60,810 nucleotides of DNA from Bacteroidota bacterium (GTDB lineage Bacteria > Bacteroidota > Bacteroidia > Bacteroidales > Dysgonomonadaceae): contig JAEZZZ010000032.1 in the NCBI GenBank assembly GCA_023418255.1, forward strand, positions 1-60,810, in the 5' to 3' direction. Positions 50,424-58,203 of the stretch are shown here, one piece after another (the stretch's first letter is position 1; each line of letters opens with the position of its first letter). Position numbers and translations under genes: made by a program. The notes below the pieces were generated by a model, which saw only the letters and a list, made by a program, of their open reading frames with translations, ran no database searches and was not told the DNA's origin.

Positions 50424-50689
50424 TGTATGTAATTTTAGTGTACGATATAGGCGAAAAGCGGGTAGGCAAAATGATTAAACTTTGCAGACAATATTTAAAT
50501 TGGATTCAAAATTCAGTTTTTGAAGGAGAAATTTCCGAAGTTAAATTAAAAGAATTAACTTTGAAAGCAAAGAAAATAATGAAAGAAGAGGAAGACGACA
50601 GTCTGATAATTTTTTCAAGTCGCACAGCTTCATTTTTAGATAAACAAATTATTGGAAAAGAGCGAGCTAGTACAGATATTTTTTTATGA
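50423..50689 (+). CDS. cas2: Cas2
   Basis: 88 aa from ATG 50423, overlapping the cas1 TGA by 1 nt. MYVILVYDIGEKRV beta-1 strand with the conserved Asp, and NSVFEGE. Confidence 0.85.
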   Translation: MYVILVYDIGEKRVGKMIKLCRQYLNWIQNSVFEGEISEVKLKELTLKAKKIMKEEEDDSLIIFSSRTASFLDKQIIGKERASTDIFL

Positions 50690-50780
50690 TAAGTTGTCGA
50701 TGAAGGTTATTTTATGAAGCAACGCTAGACGCAAACTTCTCAACGATCTTTGACATATTGAAAATCAACATATAACATAG

Positions 50781-50824
50781 GTTGTCGATCTGCGGGGATT
50801 TTCTTATCTTTGCATATCGACAAC
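50781..50824 (+). promoter_or_regulatory. candidate pre-crRNA promoter enclosed by a 9-bp inverted repeat
   Basis: TATCTTTG -7 box at 50805-50812. It is flanked by GTTGTCGAT (50781-50789, whose TTG sits at the -33 position) and its reverse complement ATCGACAAC (50816-50824). Confidence 0.4.
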
Positions 50825-50863
50825 TTTTGTCCCTATTTTTGGTGAATTCATAAATTACTATTG

Positions 50864-50886
50864 GCTGATAATCAGCCATTTTTTCG
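50864..50886 (+). other. terminator-like hairpin plus T-run 15 nt upstream of the first repeat
   Basis: The palindrome TGGCTGATAATCAGCCA (50864-50880) is followed by TTTTTT (50881-50886). Confidence 0.4.
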
Positions 50887-50900
50887 CCGTAATCTAACGG

Positions 50901-51133
50901 CTTTTAATTGAACCATAAGGAATTGAAATTTCGCTTTTCGGTGCGGTCGGTTCCGGAATACTTCTGTCTTTTAATTGAACCATAAGGAATTGAAATCGAA
51001 AAAATGCCCCAAAAACTCCCCCAATTTCACCCCAAACTTTTAATTGAACCATAAGGAATTGAAACGCGGCAAAGAAATAAGATAGTTGAAGTAACTACAG
51101 ATGACTTTTAATTGCACTATTTGTAGAATTTTT
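50901..51133 (+). CRISPR. CRISPR array: 3 intact 29-nt repeats, 1 degenerate terminal repeat, 3 spacers
   Basis: The repeat CTTTTAATTGAACCATAAGGAATTGAAAT occurs at 50901-50929 and 50968-50996. A third copy at 51037-51065 has C as its last base. The degenerate copy at 51105-51133 matches in its first 10 nt and at 17/29 overall. Spacers are 38, 40 and 39 nt (50930-50967, 50997-51036, 51066-51104). Confidence 0.92.
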
Positions 51134-51363
51134 TCCTTAAAAACCTTCAAAAAACAATACGGTAGAAGAACTCACATAAAACCAATGAAATTCTATTTTA
51201 TCAACCAAACATTCTTTCATAAACAAAGCCTATCTGAATTTCTTAATTTTATATAATTATCCCGTTTATAACATTAAAAAACAAGACCATTACTAAAATT
51301 ATATCTATATTAGCAGTAAATTTATTTTATATTTTACATTTATCAATCTAACAATAGTAGACA

Positions 51364-52806
51364 ATGACATCACGTAGAAATTTTCTAAAAAAGAGTGGAT
51401 TAGGACTCGCCGCGCTTGCCGTTAACCCAACTCTGGTAAGCAGCAAACAGGCTATGCCCAACAAAAAAAAATATGTTTGCGAGCGACCGCCAATTCATAA
51501 GAGAAACTTCACATCCCAATCGATTGAACAAACCATCGTACGCCTAAAATCAAAAATAAAAGATCCGAAACTGGCATGGATGTTCGAAAACTGTTTTCCA
51601 AACACTCTGGACACAACCGTACAGTTTAAGATGAACAACGGTAAACCCGATACATTCGTTATCACAGGCGATATTAATGCCATGTGGCTACGCGACTCAT
51701 CGGCACAAGTATGGCCCTATCTTCCGTTGGCAAAAAAAGATGCACAGCTAAAAGCCATGCTTGCCGGAGTTATCAATCGCCAAACGCAATGTATTTTGAT
51801 TGATCCCTACGCGAACGCGTTTAATCCACACCCGATTGAAAACAGCGAATGGATGAGTGACAACACCGATATGAAGCCCATGTTGCACGAACGCAAATGG
51901 GAAATCGATTCACTCTGTTATCCCATCCGTTTGGCATATAACTACTGGAAAACTACGCGCGACACCTCTGTGTTTGATACCGATTGGAAAAAGGCAATGA
52001 AGCTCGTGGTAAAAACATTTAAAGAACAGCAACGCAAAGATGGATTAGGTCCGTACAAATTTTTACGCAAAACAGACCGAGCGCTAGATACCCTACCCAA
52101 CGCCGGGTACGGACACCCTGTTAATCCGGTGGGACTGATTGTATCGTCGTTTCGTCCTTCAGACGATGCGACTACTTTCGGCTTCCTGATTCCATCAAAT
52201 ATGTTTGCTGTCACATCCTTGCGTCAGCTGGCAGAAATTGCTCGAACCGTAACTGGCGAAGCAGCATTTGATCAGGAATGCATTGCCCTAGCGGATGAGG
52301 TGGAAAAAGCCATTCAACAATATGCCATCGTATCGCATCCGGTATTTGGCAAAGTGTATGCATTTGAAGTAGATGGGTTTGGAAACAGCTATTTTATGGA
52401 TGATGCCAATGTTCCCAGCTTATTGGCAATGCCCTATTTGGGTTTAATAAATCAAAACGACACCATCTATCAAAATACACGCAAATTGGTATTGAGCAAA
52501 TACAATCCTTATTTCTTCAAAGGCTCTGCAGCAGAGGGAATTGGCGGCCCTCATATCGGTTACGACATGATTTGGCCGATGAGCATCATCATGCGCGCAC
52601 AAACAAGCTGCGACGATGAAGAAATTCGCTATTGCATTCGAACACTGCGCGATACGGATGGAGATACCGGTTTTATGCACGAGTCGTTTCATAAGGACGA
52701 TCCGACCAAATTTTCGAGAAAATGGTTTGCATGGGCAAACACATTGTTTGGCGAGCTAATTGTGAAGCTGGAACAAGAAAACAAAATGCACCTGATAAAT
52801 CAATAA
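51364..52806 (+). CDS. GH125-family exo-alpha-1,6-mannosidase
   Basis: Tat-like signal SRRNFLKKSGLGLAALA. WLRDSSAQVWPYL, SFRPSDDA and ANTLFGELI segments typical of GH125 (formerly DUF1237). Confidence 0.82.
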   Translation: MTSRRNFLKKSGLGLAALAVNPTLVSSKQAMPNKKKYVCERPPIHKRNFTSQSIEQTIVRLKSKIKDPKLAWMFENCFPNTLDTTVQFKMNNGKPDTFVITGDINAMWLRDSSAQVWPYLPLAKKDAQLKAMLAGVINRQTQCILIDPYANAFNPHPIENSEWMSDNTDMKPMLHERKWEIDSLCYPIRLAYNYWKTTRDTSVFDTDWKKAMKLVVKTFKEQQRKDGLGPYKFLRKTDRALDTLPNAGYGHPVNPVGLIVSSFRPSDDATTFGFLIPSNMFAVTSLRQLAEIARTVTGEAAFDQECIALADEVEKAIQQYAIVSHPVFGKVYAFEVDGFGNSYFMDDANVPSLLAMPYLGLINQNDTIYQNTRKLVLSKYNPYFFKGSAAEGIGGPHIGYDMIWPMSIIMRAQTSCDDEEIRYCIRTLRDTDGDTGFMHESFHKDDPTKFSRKWFAWANTLFGELIVKLEQENKMHLINQ

Positions 52807-52813
52807 TAGAGAA

Positions 52814-55123
52814 ATGATAAAGAAATCTATATCAAGTATCCTGCTTTTGATGCTTCTTTTCGTCAATTCGTCTCTGTGGGCAAAAGAGAACGAGCACCAT
52901 GCAGATGATCCGATTGACTATGTAAACATTTTGATGGGAACGCAATCGAAATTTGAACTTTCTAACGGAAACACCTACCCCGCCATCGCGATGCCCTGGG
53001 GCATGAACTTTTGGACACCACAAACCGGAAAGATGGGCGACGGCTGGCAATATCGTTACGATTCCGATAAGATTGTAGGCTTCAAGCAGACGCATCAACC
53101 CAGTCCATGGATAAACGACTACGGACAATTTTCGATAATGCCAACAACGGGAAAAGCTGTTTTTGACGAGAAAAGTCGCGCCAGTTGGTTTTCGCATAAA
53201 GCAGAAACTGCAAAGCCTCACTATTATAGTGTTTATCTGGCAGATTATGATATTACAACAGAAATTACCCCTACGGAACGGGCAGCCATCTTCCGTTTCA
53301 CTTTTCCTCAAAGCGACTCAGCGGCCATTGTAATTGATGCCTTTGACAAAGGTTCTTCCGTGCAGGTCGTGCCTGAAAAGAATGCCATTATTGGTTATAC
53401 AACTCGCAACAGCGGCGGCGTGCCGGAAAACTTCAAAAACTATTTTGTGATTGTTTTCGACAAACCGTTTGTGGAATATCTAAACGTGCGAGATGGTCAA
53501 ATTTCAGCAACTCGAACAGACAAAAACGTGAGCAATCATTCGGGAGCCGTTGTATGTTTCAAAACAAGGCGACACGAAAAAATTTTGGCACGCGTAGCAT
53601 CCTCTTTCATCTGTTACGAACAAGCGTGGCAAAATCTAAAAGAGGTGGAAAACAAAGACTTTGAGACCATTAAAGCTGACGGGCGCAAAGCATGGAATAA
53701 TGTGTTGGGCAGAATCAAAGTAGAGGGAGGCAATCTTGACCAAAAACGCACCTTTTATTCCACATTGTATCGCGCCACGCTTTTCCCCCGAAAGTTTTAC
53801 GAGATTGATGCTACCGGAAAAGTGCGACATTACAGTCCCTACAACGGAGAAATATTGCCGGGATATATGTACACCGACACCGGATTTTGGGACACGTTTC
53901 GGGCACTTTTTCCGCTGTTGAATTTGGTATATCCATCTATCAACAAAGAAATTCAAGAAGGATTGGTAAATACCTACAAAGAGAGCGGTTTTTTGCCCGA
54001 GTGGGCAAGTCCGGGACACCGCGATTGCATGGTGGGAAACAATTCTGCATCCGTAGTTGCCGATGCTTATCTGAAAGGACTGCGCGGATACGATATCCAA
54101 ACGCTTTACGAAGCCATGGTGCATGGAGCCCATCATGTCCATCCAAACGTATCGTCCACAGGGCGTCGTGGACATGAGTATTATAATTCGCTCGGATATG
54201 TTCCGTATGATGTGGGAATCAATGAAAATGCGGCACGCACATTGGAATACGCATTCAACGATTGGAGTATCTACAAATTGGCAAAAGCTTTAAATCGCCC
54301 CCAAACAGAGATTGATTTATATGCCAGACGTTGCCAAAACTATCGCAACTTATATTCTCGGGAATATAAATTGATGCGTGGACGCAACAAAGATGGTTCA
54401 TTTCAATCCCCATTCAGTCCGACGAAATGGGGCGATGCCTTTACTGAAGGAAACAGTTGGCACTATACGTGGTCGGTATTTCACGATGTGCAGGGATTGA
54501 TTGATTTGATGGGTGGAAAATCCGAATTTGTACAGATGTTAGACTCAGTGTTTAATATGCCACCACTATTCGACGACAGTTACTATGGATTTGTGATTCA
54601 TGAAATTCGAGAAATGCAGGTTATGAACATGGGACAATACGCGCATGGTAATCAACCCATTCAACACATGATTTATTTGTATAATTATGCGGCAGAGCCT
54701 TGGAAGGCGCAATATTGGACGCGCGAAGTAATGGATAAACTTTATTCGTATCATCCGGATGGATATTGTGGCGATGAGGATAATGGACAAACTTCGGCTT
54801 GGTATGTTTTTTCAGCCATGGGATTTTATCCTGTATGTCCCGGTAGCGACGAATATGTCATCGGTTCGCCTCTGTTCCGTAAAATAACGCTTAGACTTGA
54901 AAACGGGAAGACAGTAGTAATCAATGCAAGCAACAACGATGCAGCTAAACGCTATATCAATGACATGCGCCTCGATGGCAAGGTTTATACTAAGAATTTC
55001 TTGCGCTACAGTGATCTGATAAATGGTGCACGCATCGATATTACGATGTCGGAAACACCTAATAGATTACGTGGAATCCATAAATCCGACTTTCCCTATT
55101 CGTTTTCTAACGAAAAAAGATAA
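52814..55123 (+). CDS. GH92-family alpha-mannosidase
   Basis: 769 aa with a signal peptide. Motifs TGKMGDGWQY, FLPEWASPGHRDCMVGN, TLEYAFNDWSI and GDEDNGQTSAWYVFSAMGFYP. Confidence 0.9.
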   Translation: MIKKSISSILLLMLLFVNSSLWAKENEHHADDPIDYVNILMGTQSKFELSNGNTYPAIAMPWGMNFWTPQTGKMGDGWQYRYDSDKIVGFKQTHQPSPWINDYGQFSIMPTTGKAVFDEKSRASWFSHKAETAKPHYYSVYLADYDITTEITPTERAAIFRFTFPQSDSAAIVIDAFDKGSSVQVVPEKNAIIGYTTRNSGGVPENFKNYFVIVFDKPFVEYLNVRDGQISATRTDKNVSNHSGAVVCFKTRRHEKILARVASSFICYEQAWQNLKEVENKDFETIKADGRKAWNNVLGRIKVEGGNLDQKRTFYSTLYRATLFPRKFYEIDATGKVRHYSPYNGEILPGYMYTDTGFWDTFRALFPLLNLVYPSINKEIQEGLVNTYKESGFLPEWASPGHRDCMVGNNSASVVADAYLKGLRGYDIQTLYEAMVHGAHHVHPNVSSTGRRGHEYYNSLGYVPYDVGINENAARTLEYAFNDWSIYKLAKALNRPQTEIDLYARRCQNYRNLYSREYKLMRGRNKDGSFQSPFSPTKWGDAFTEGNSWHYTWSVFHDVQGLIDLMGGKSEFVQMLDSVFNMPPLFDDSYYGFVIHEIREMQVMNMGQYAHGNQPIQHMIYLYNYAAEPWKAQYWTREVMDKLYSYHPDGYCGDEDNGQTSAWYVFSAMGFYPVCPGSDEYVIGSPLFRKITLRLENGKTVVINASNNDAAKRYINDMRLDGKVYTKNFLRYSDLINGARIDITMSETPNRLRGIHKSDFPYSFSNEKR

Positions 55124-55150
55124 GTAAATACAACATTAGGATTTTACATA

Positions 55151-55188
55151 ACAAAACCCCGAAAATTGACTTTTCGGGGTTCGTTTTT
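55151..55188. terminator. bidirectional intrinsic terminator between GH92 and the encapsulin operon
   Basis: 11-bp stem AACCCCGAAAA / TTTTCGGGGTT with a 5-nt loop, with A/T runs on both sides. Confidence 0.75.
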
Positions 55189-55208
55189 ATCGTTAAAACG
55201 ATACGAAG

Positions 55209-56012
55209 CTATTTTGTATTCATTTTCAGACTCGCGATAATATCCGGATCGAGCACTCTAAAATAGAGCGACTCTGTAACATACATGTTCACCGTATTTT
55301 GATCTTCGGATTGATAACCGATAGCAAAATCTTGTCCAATGGTTAATTCGAGGTCTTCATGTTTTTGAGGAAACATCAAACCATCTTTTACCATGCTTGT
55401 GTAAAACACTTTTCCCTCAATCAACTTTTGCACCATATCCAACAGACGCACACCGTTTTCAACCACAAGCAATTGTTCATATAGCTTTTGCGAAACAATC
55501 AGATTGAACGGTGCTTTAACATACGAATGTGTCAATTTATATTTGGCTTCGCCTATCGCTTTCAGGATTTCTCCGGCACTATTGCCGCTTAATTTCACAG
55601 TATGCCCGGCAACCGATGAAAGACCTTTTATTTCGTCTTTATATCCGTTGTAAATAATATCTTCTTCCAAAAGGGCGATTTCTTCTACCGCTTTTTCTAA
55701 ATTCGATAAGTCGATATCTTTGCAGCCGCGTTCGATATTATCCAACTCCCATTTTTGCAGCGAGAAGTCGTTGCGCAATTCCAACAACGGAAACACGTTG
55801 TATTTGGCAACTCCCACGCCTGACTTATTTTTTGTCAACACTTTTACACGTCCTTCGGGAACGGCGTTATAATTCATCCCTTTTGGTCCCTCCATGTGTA
55901 CCGAACGGCGAGCCGTAAGCAGGCTAAGCAATACGTCGCGCGCGGTATCGTCTATTTCGTTCCACGCCTTTTGAGTGATGGGCGCGGCATCTCTTTTTAA
56001 AATATCCATCAT
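55209..56012 (-). CDS. family 1 encapsulin shell protein (HK97 fold, linocin M18-like)
   Basis: 267 aa, collinear with my recollection of the Thermotoga maritima encapsulin. Shared features are ILKRDAAPITQKAWNEID, WELDNIERG, and LTIGQDFAIGYQSED...YVTESLYFRVLDP. Confidence 0.9.
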   Translation of the reverse strand: MMDILKRDAAPITQKAWNEIDDTARDVLLSLLTARRSVHMEGPKGMNYNAVPEGRVKVLTKNKSGVGVAKYNVFPLLELRNDFSLQKWELDNIERGCKDIDLSNLEKAVEEIALLEEDIIYNGYKDEIKGLSSVAGHTVKLSGNSAGEILKAIGEAKYKLTHSYVKAPFNLIVSQKLYEQLLVVENGVRLLDMVQKLIEGKVFYTSMVKDGLMFPQKHEDLELTIGQDFAIGYQSEDQNTVNMYVTESLYFRVLDPDIIASLKMNTK

Positions 56013-56024
56013 TGTGTCGTTTTA

Positions 56025-56378
56025 TTATTTTAAATTCCCAATTCCTAAATCACTGCTACTACTTGACTTTTCGGATTCTCCACCCTCCTCTTCATGATGA
56101 GCGATGTTGTCAGAAGTGAACAAAAATTCGCGTAAATATTGGTCCCATCCATGCATATTACGACGCAGCCATTCGAGCGTCATGGCGGCGTGCTCCATCT
56201 CTTCTTCCATGTTGTGTGTCATAATAGCTTTCAGCTCGTCGTCCTCTTCTACTCCCACGCGTTGGATATACCAATCGACAGCTTCAATTTCCTCTTTCAA
56301 GCTGTTCAGTGCGCGTACGTAACTTCTTGTTTTTTGGCTTAACGCGTTCGCCGGTTCATGATAATTGTTTCCGTCCAT
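56025..56378 (-). CDS. encapsulated ferritin (EncFtn) cargo with C-terminal targeting peptide
   Basis: EEIEAVDWYIQRV and EEEMEHAAMTLEWLRR ferritin-like di-iron motifs. A flexible Ser-rich linker precedes the terminal DLGIGNLK, which matches the LGIGSLK-type encapsulin loading peptide. It lies 12 nt upstream of the shell gene. Confidence 0.9.
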   Translation of the reverse strand: MDGNNYHEPANALSQKTRSYVRALNSLKEEIEAVDWYIQRVGVEEDDELKAIMTHNMEEEMEHAAMTLEWLRRNMHGWDQYLREFLFTSDNIAHHEEEGGESEKSSSSSDLGIGNLK

Positions 56379-56625
56379 AATCGTTTGTTTTTTTGTGTTT
56401 AAAAATTATAGTGTATATCTTTTCTCCCCAAATAAATTAAACGAAATTATGGCTCTCGCTTAACATCATTATAGTCAGAAAATATACAACTCATTGACTA
56501 TATATTTAACAATCAGAGGTGGGAAAAGTTTTATAAATTAACAAATCAAAACAGTTTTAAAAAAGGATAACATAATGCCTCCCATATACCATAAAATACT
56601 CTAAACAATACCATTATCATGGACA

Positions 56626-56661
56626 AATAAAAAAACGGATAGAACACAATGCCTATCCGTT
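56626..56661 (-). terminator. intrinsic terminator after the MFS gene
   Basis: 9-bp stem AACGGATAG / CTATCCGTT. The A-run at 56626-56633 is a T-run on the minus strand. Confidence 0.65.
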
Positions 56662-56745
56662 TTCCCCACTTGCATTGAATGTGCAAAGTGGTTATACGAT
56701 GTTCGATATTTAATGATATCTCATTTCTGACTCAATCACCTGTTG

Positions 56746-58125
56746 TTATGCCACAATGTTGGGTTTTTCCAAACCGTATCCTTTACGTTTGTCCTCTGCT
56801 TTCAACAAGAACGCGAATACAAGTGCCAACAGTGTGCAAGCCACAAATATGAGCCACGTTGTCGAGTAATTGTAGTTGATATTTTCTCCAAGCGCTTTGG
56901 CTTCCGCCACGCCGGGATTGGTTTTATCCAACACTTTGCCAAGCAACCAAGGCACGCCCATCAATCCCCAATTTTGTACCCAAAAAATGAGGGCGTAGGC
57001 GGTTCCAAGTTGTTTTTCGGGAATAATTTTTGGTACAGAAGGCCACATTGCCGATGGCACAAGTGAAAAGGCGATACCCAAAATAATTACCATCACAATG
57101 GCAATCCAAACGCTTGTGATACTCGGTACCCACAGCACTGCGTGCACCAAAATGAGCATGATAGCTCCTAAAAACATGATGGATGCTCCTTTTCCTTTTC
57201 GGTCGTATAAGTTTCCGAAAAGAGGTGTTAAGAAGAGCGTTCCAAAAGGTAAAAGACTTGGAATATCTCCGGCACTTTTGGGATCGATACCAAATTTGTT
57301 TACCATCAAGTCAGGGCCAAATTTGTAAAATGGGAATACCGCCGAATAGAACAAAACACAAAGCATGGCGATGTACCAAAAGCCTCGATTCTTGACGATA
57401 AATAGGATATCGCTGAATTTAAATTTATCTTCATCCGAAATAAGGTTTTCGCTATGAATTTCTTTGTCTAACTTGACATCCAACATATAATATACAACGA
57501 ACGACAAGAGCCCTACCAAAAGAAGCAATACGCCCATCGCGATAGGTGTGGTGATGTTGGTAGCCTGAGCAACTTTTGGTGCGAAAAATAAAGCGGCAAA
57601 CGAACCCAGACGCGCGCACGCCATTTCAAGTCCCATCGCCAGTGCCAACTCCTTGCCTTTAAACCACTTGACAATAATCTTTGAAACGGTAATTCCGGCA
57701 TACTCCACTCCTACTCCAAAAATAGCAAAACCTAATCCGGCAAGCATCACTTGGCTTTTCATATCCCAAAAAAGAACATGCACCATAGCATGCGGTTCAA
57801 CATATTTAATGGCGTAATATTTTAGAGCAGCTCCTCCCACCATAATCAACGCGGAAGCAATTGCCGAAAAACGTATCCCCAATTTATCAAGCATAATACC
57901 TACAACAATAAGCATCAGAAGGAATACGTTTAACCAGCCGTAGCCGCTGACAACGGTGCCAAAATTCTCGCTCGACCATCCATATTGCGCTTCCAACATG
58001 GGTTTTAGCGGTGAAATAATCTCTTGAAACAGATATCCGCACAACATGGTAAAAGATACGATTGCCAACGCGGCCCATCGTGCCGTTTTTGAATCTCTCA
58101 ACGTTTTTTTGATTTGTTCTGTCAT
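56746..58125 (-). CDS. MFS transporter
   Basis: 459 aa with a 12-TM profile. Substrate is unknown. Confidence 0.8.
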   Translation of the reverse strand: MTEQIKKTLRDSKTARWAALAIVSFTMLCGYLFQEIISPLKPMLEAQYGWSSENFGTVVSGYGWLNVFLLMLIVVGIMLDKLGIRFSAIASALIMVGGAALKYYAIKYVEPHAMVHVLFWDMKSQVMLAGLGFAIFGVGVEYAGITVSKIIVKWFKGKELALAMGLEMACARLGSFAALFFAPKVAQATNITTPIAMGVLLLLVGLLSFVVYYMLDVKLDKEIHSENLISDEDKFKFSDILFIVKNRGFWYIAMLCVLFYSAVFPFYKFGPDLMVNKFGIDPKSAGDIPSLLPFGTLFLTPLFGNLYDRKGKGASIMFLGAIMLILVHAVLWVPSITSVWIAIVMVIILGIAFSLVPSAMWPSVPKIIPEKQLGTAYALIFWVQNWGLMGVPWLLGKVLDKTNPGVAEAKALGENINYNYSTTWLIFVACTLLALVFAFLLKAEDKRKGYGLEKPNIVA

Positions 58126-58203
58126 CTTGCGTGTTGTTTAATTTATTTTTAATAATCCACATGCAAATATACAACAATTTGTAAAAAATTGCACTTTGTC
58201 TCT

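Noticed and set aside
52832-54175. Minus-strand ORFs of 159 and 179 aa, plus several 60-100-aa ORFs, lie inside the GH92 gene.
   Set aside because: They are antisense to a full-length GH92 with its signature motifs. The translations look non-native.
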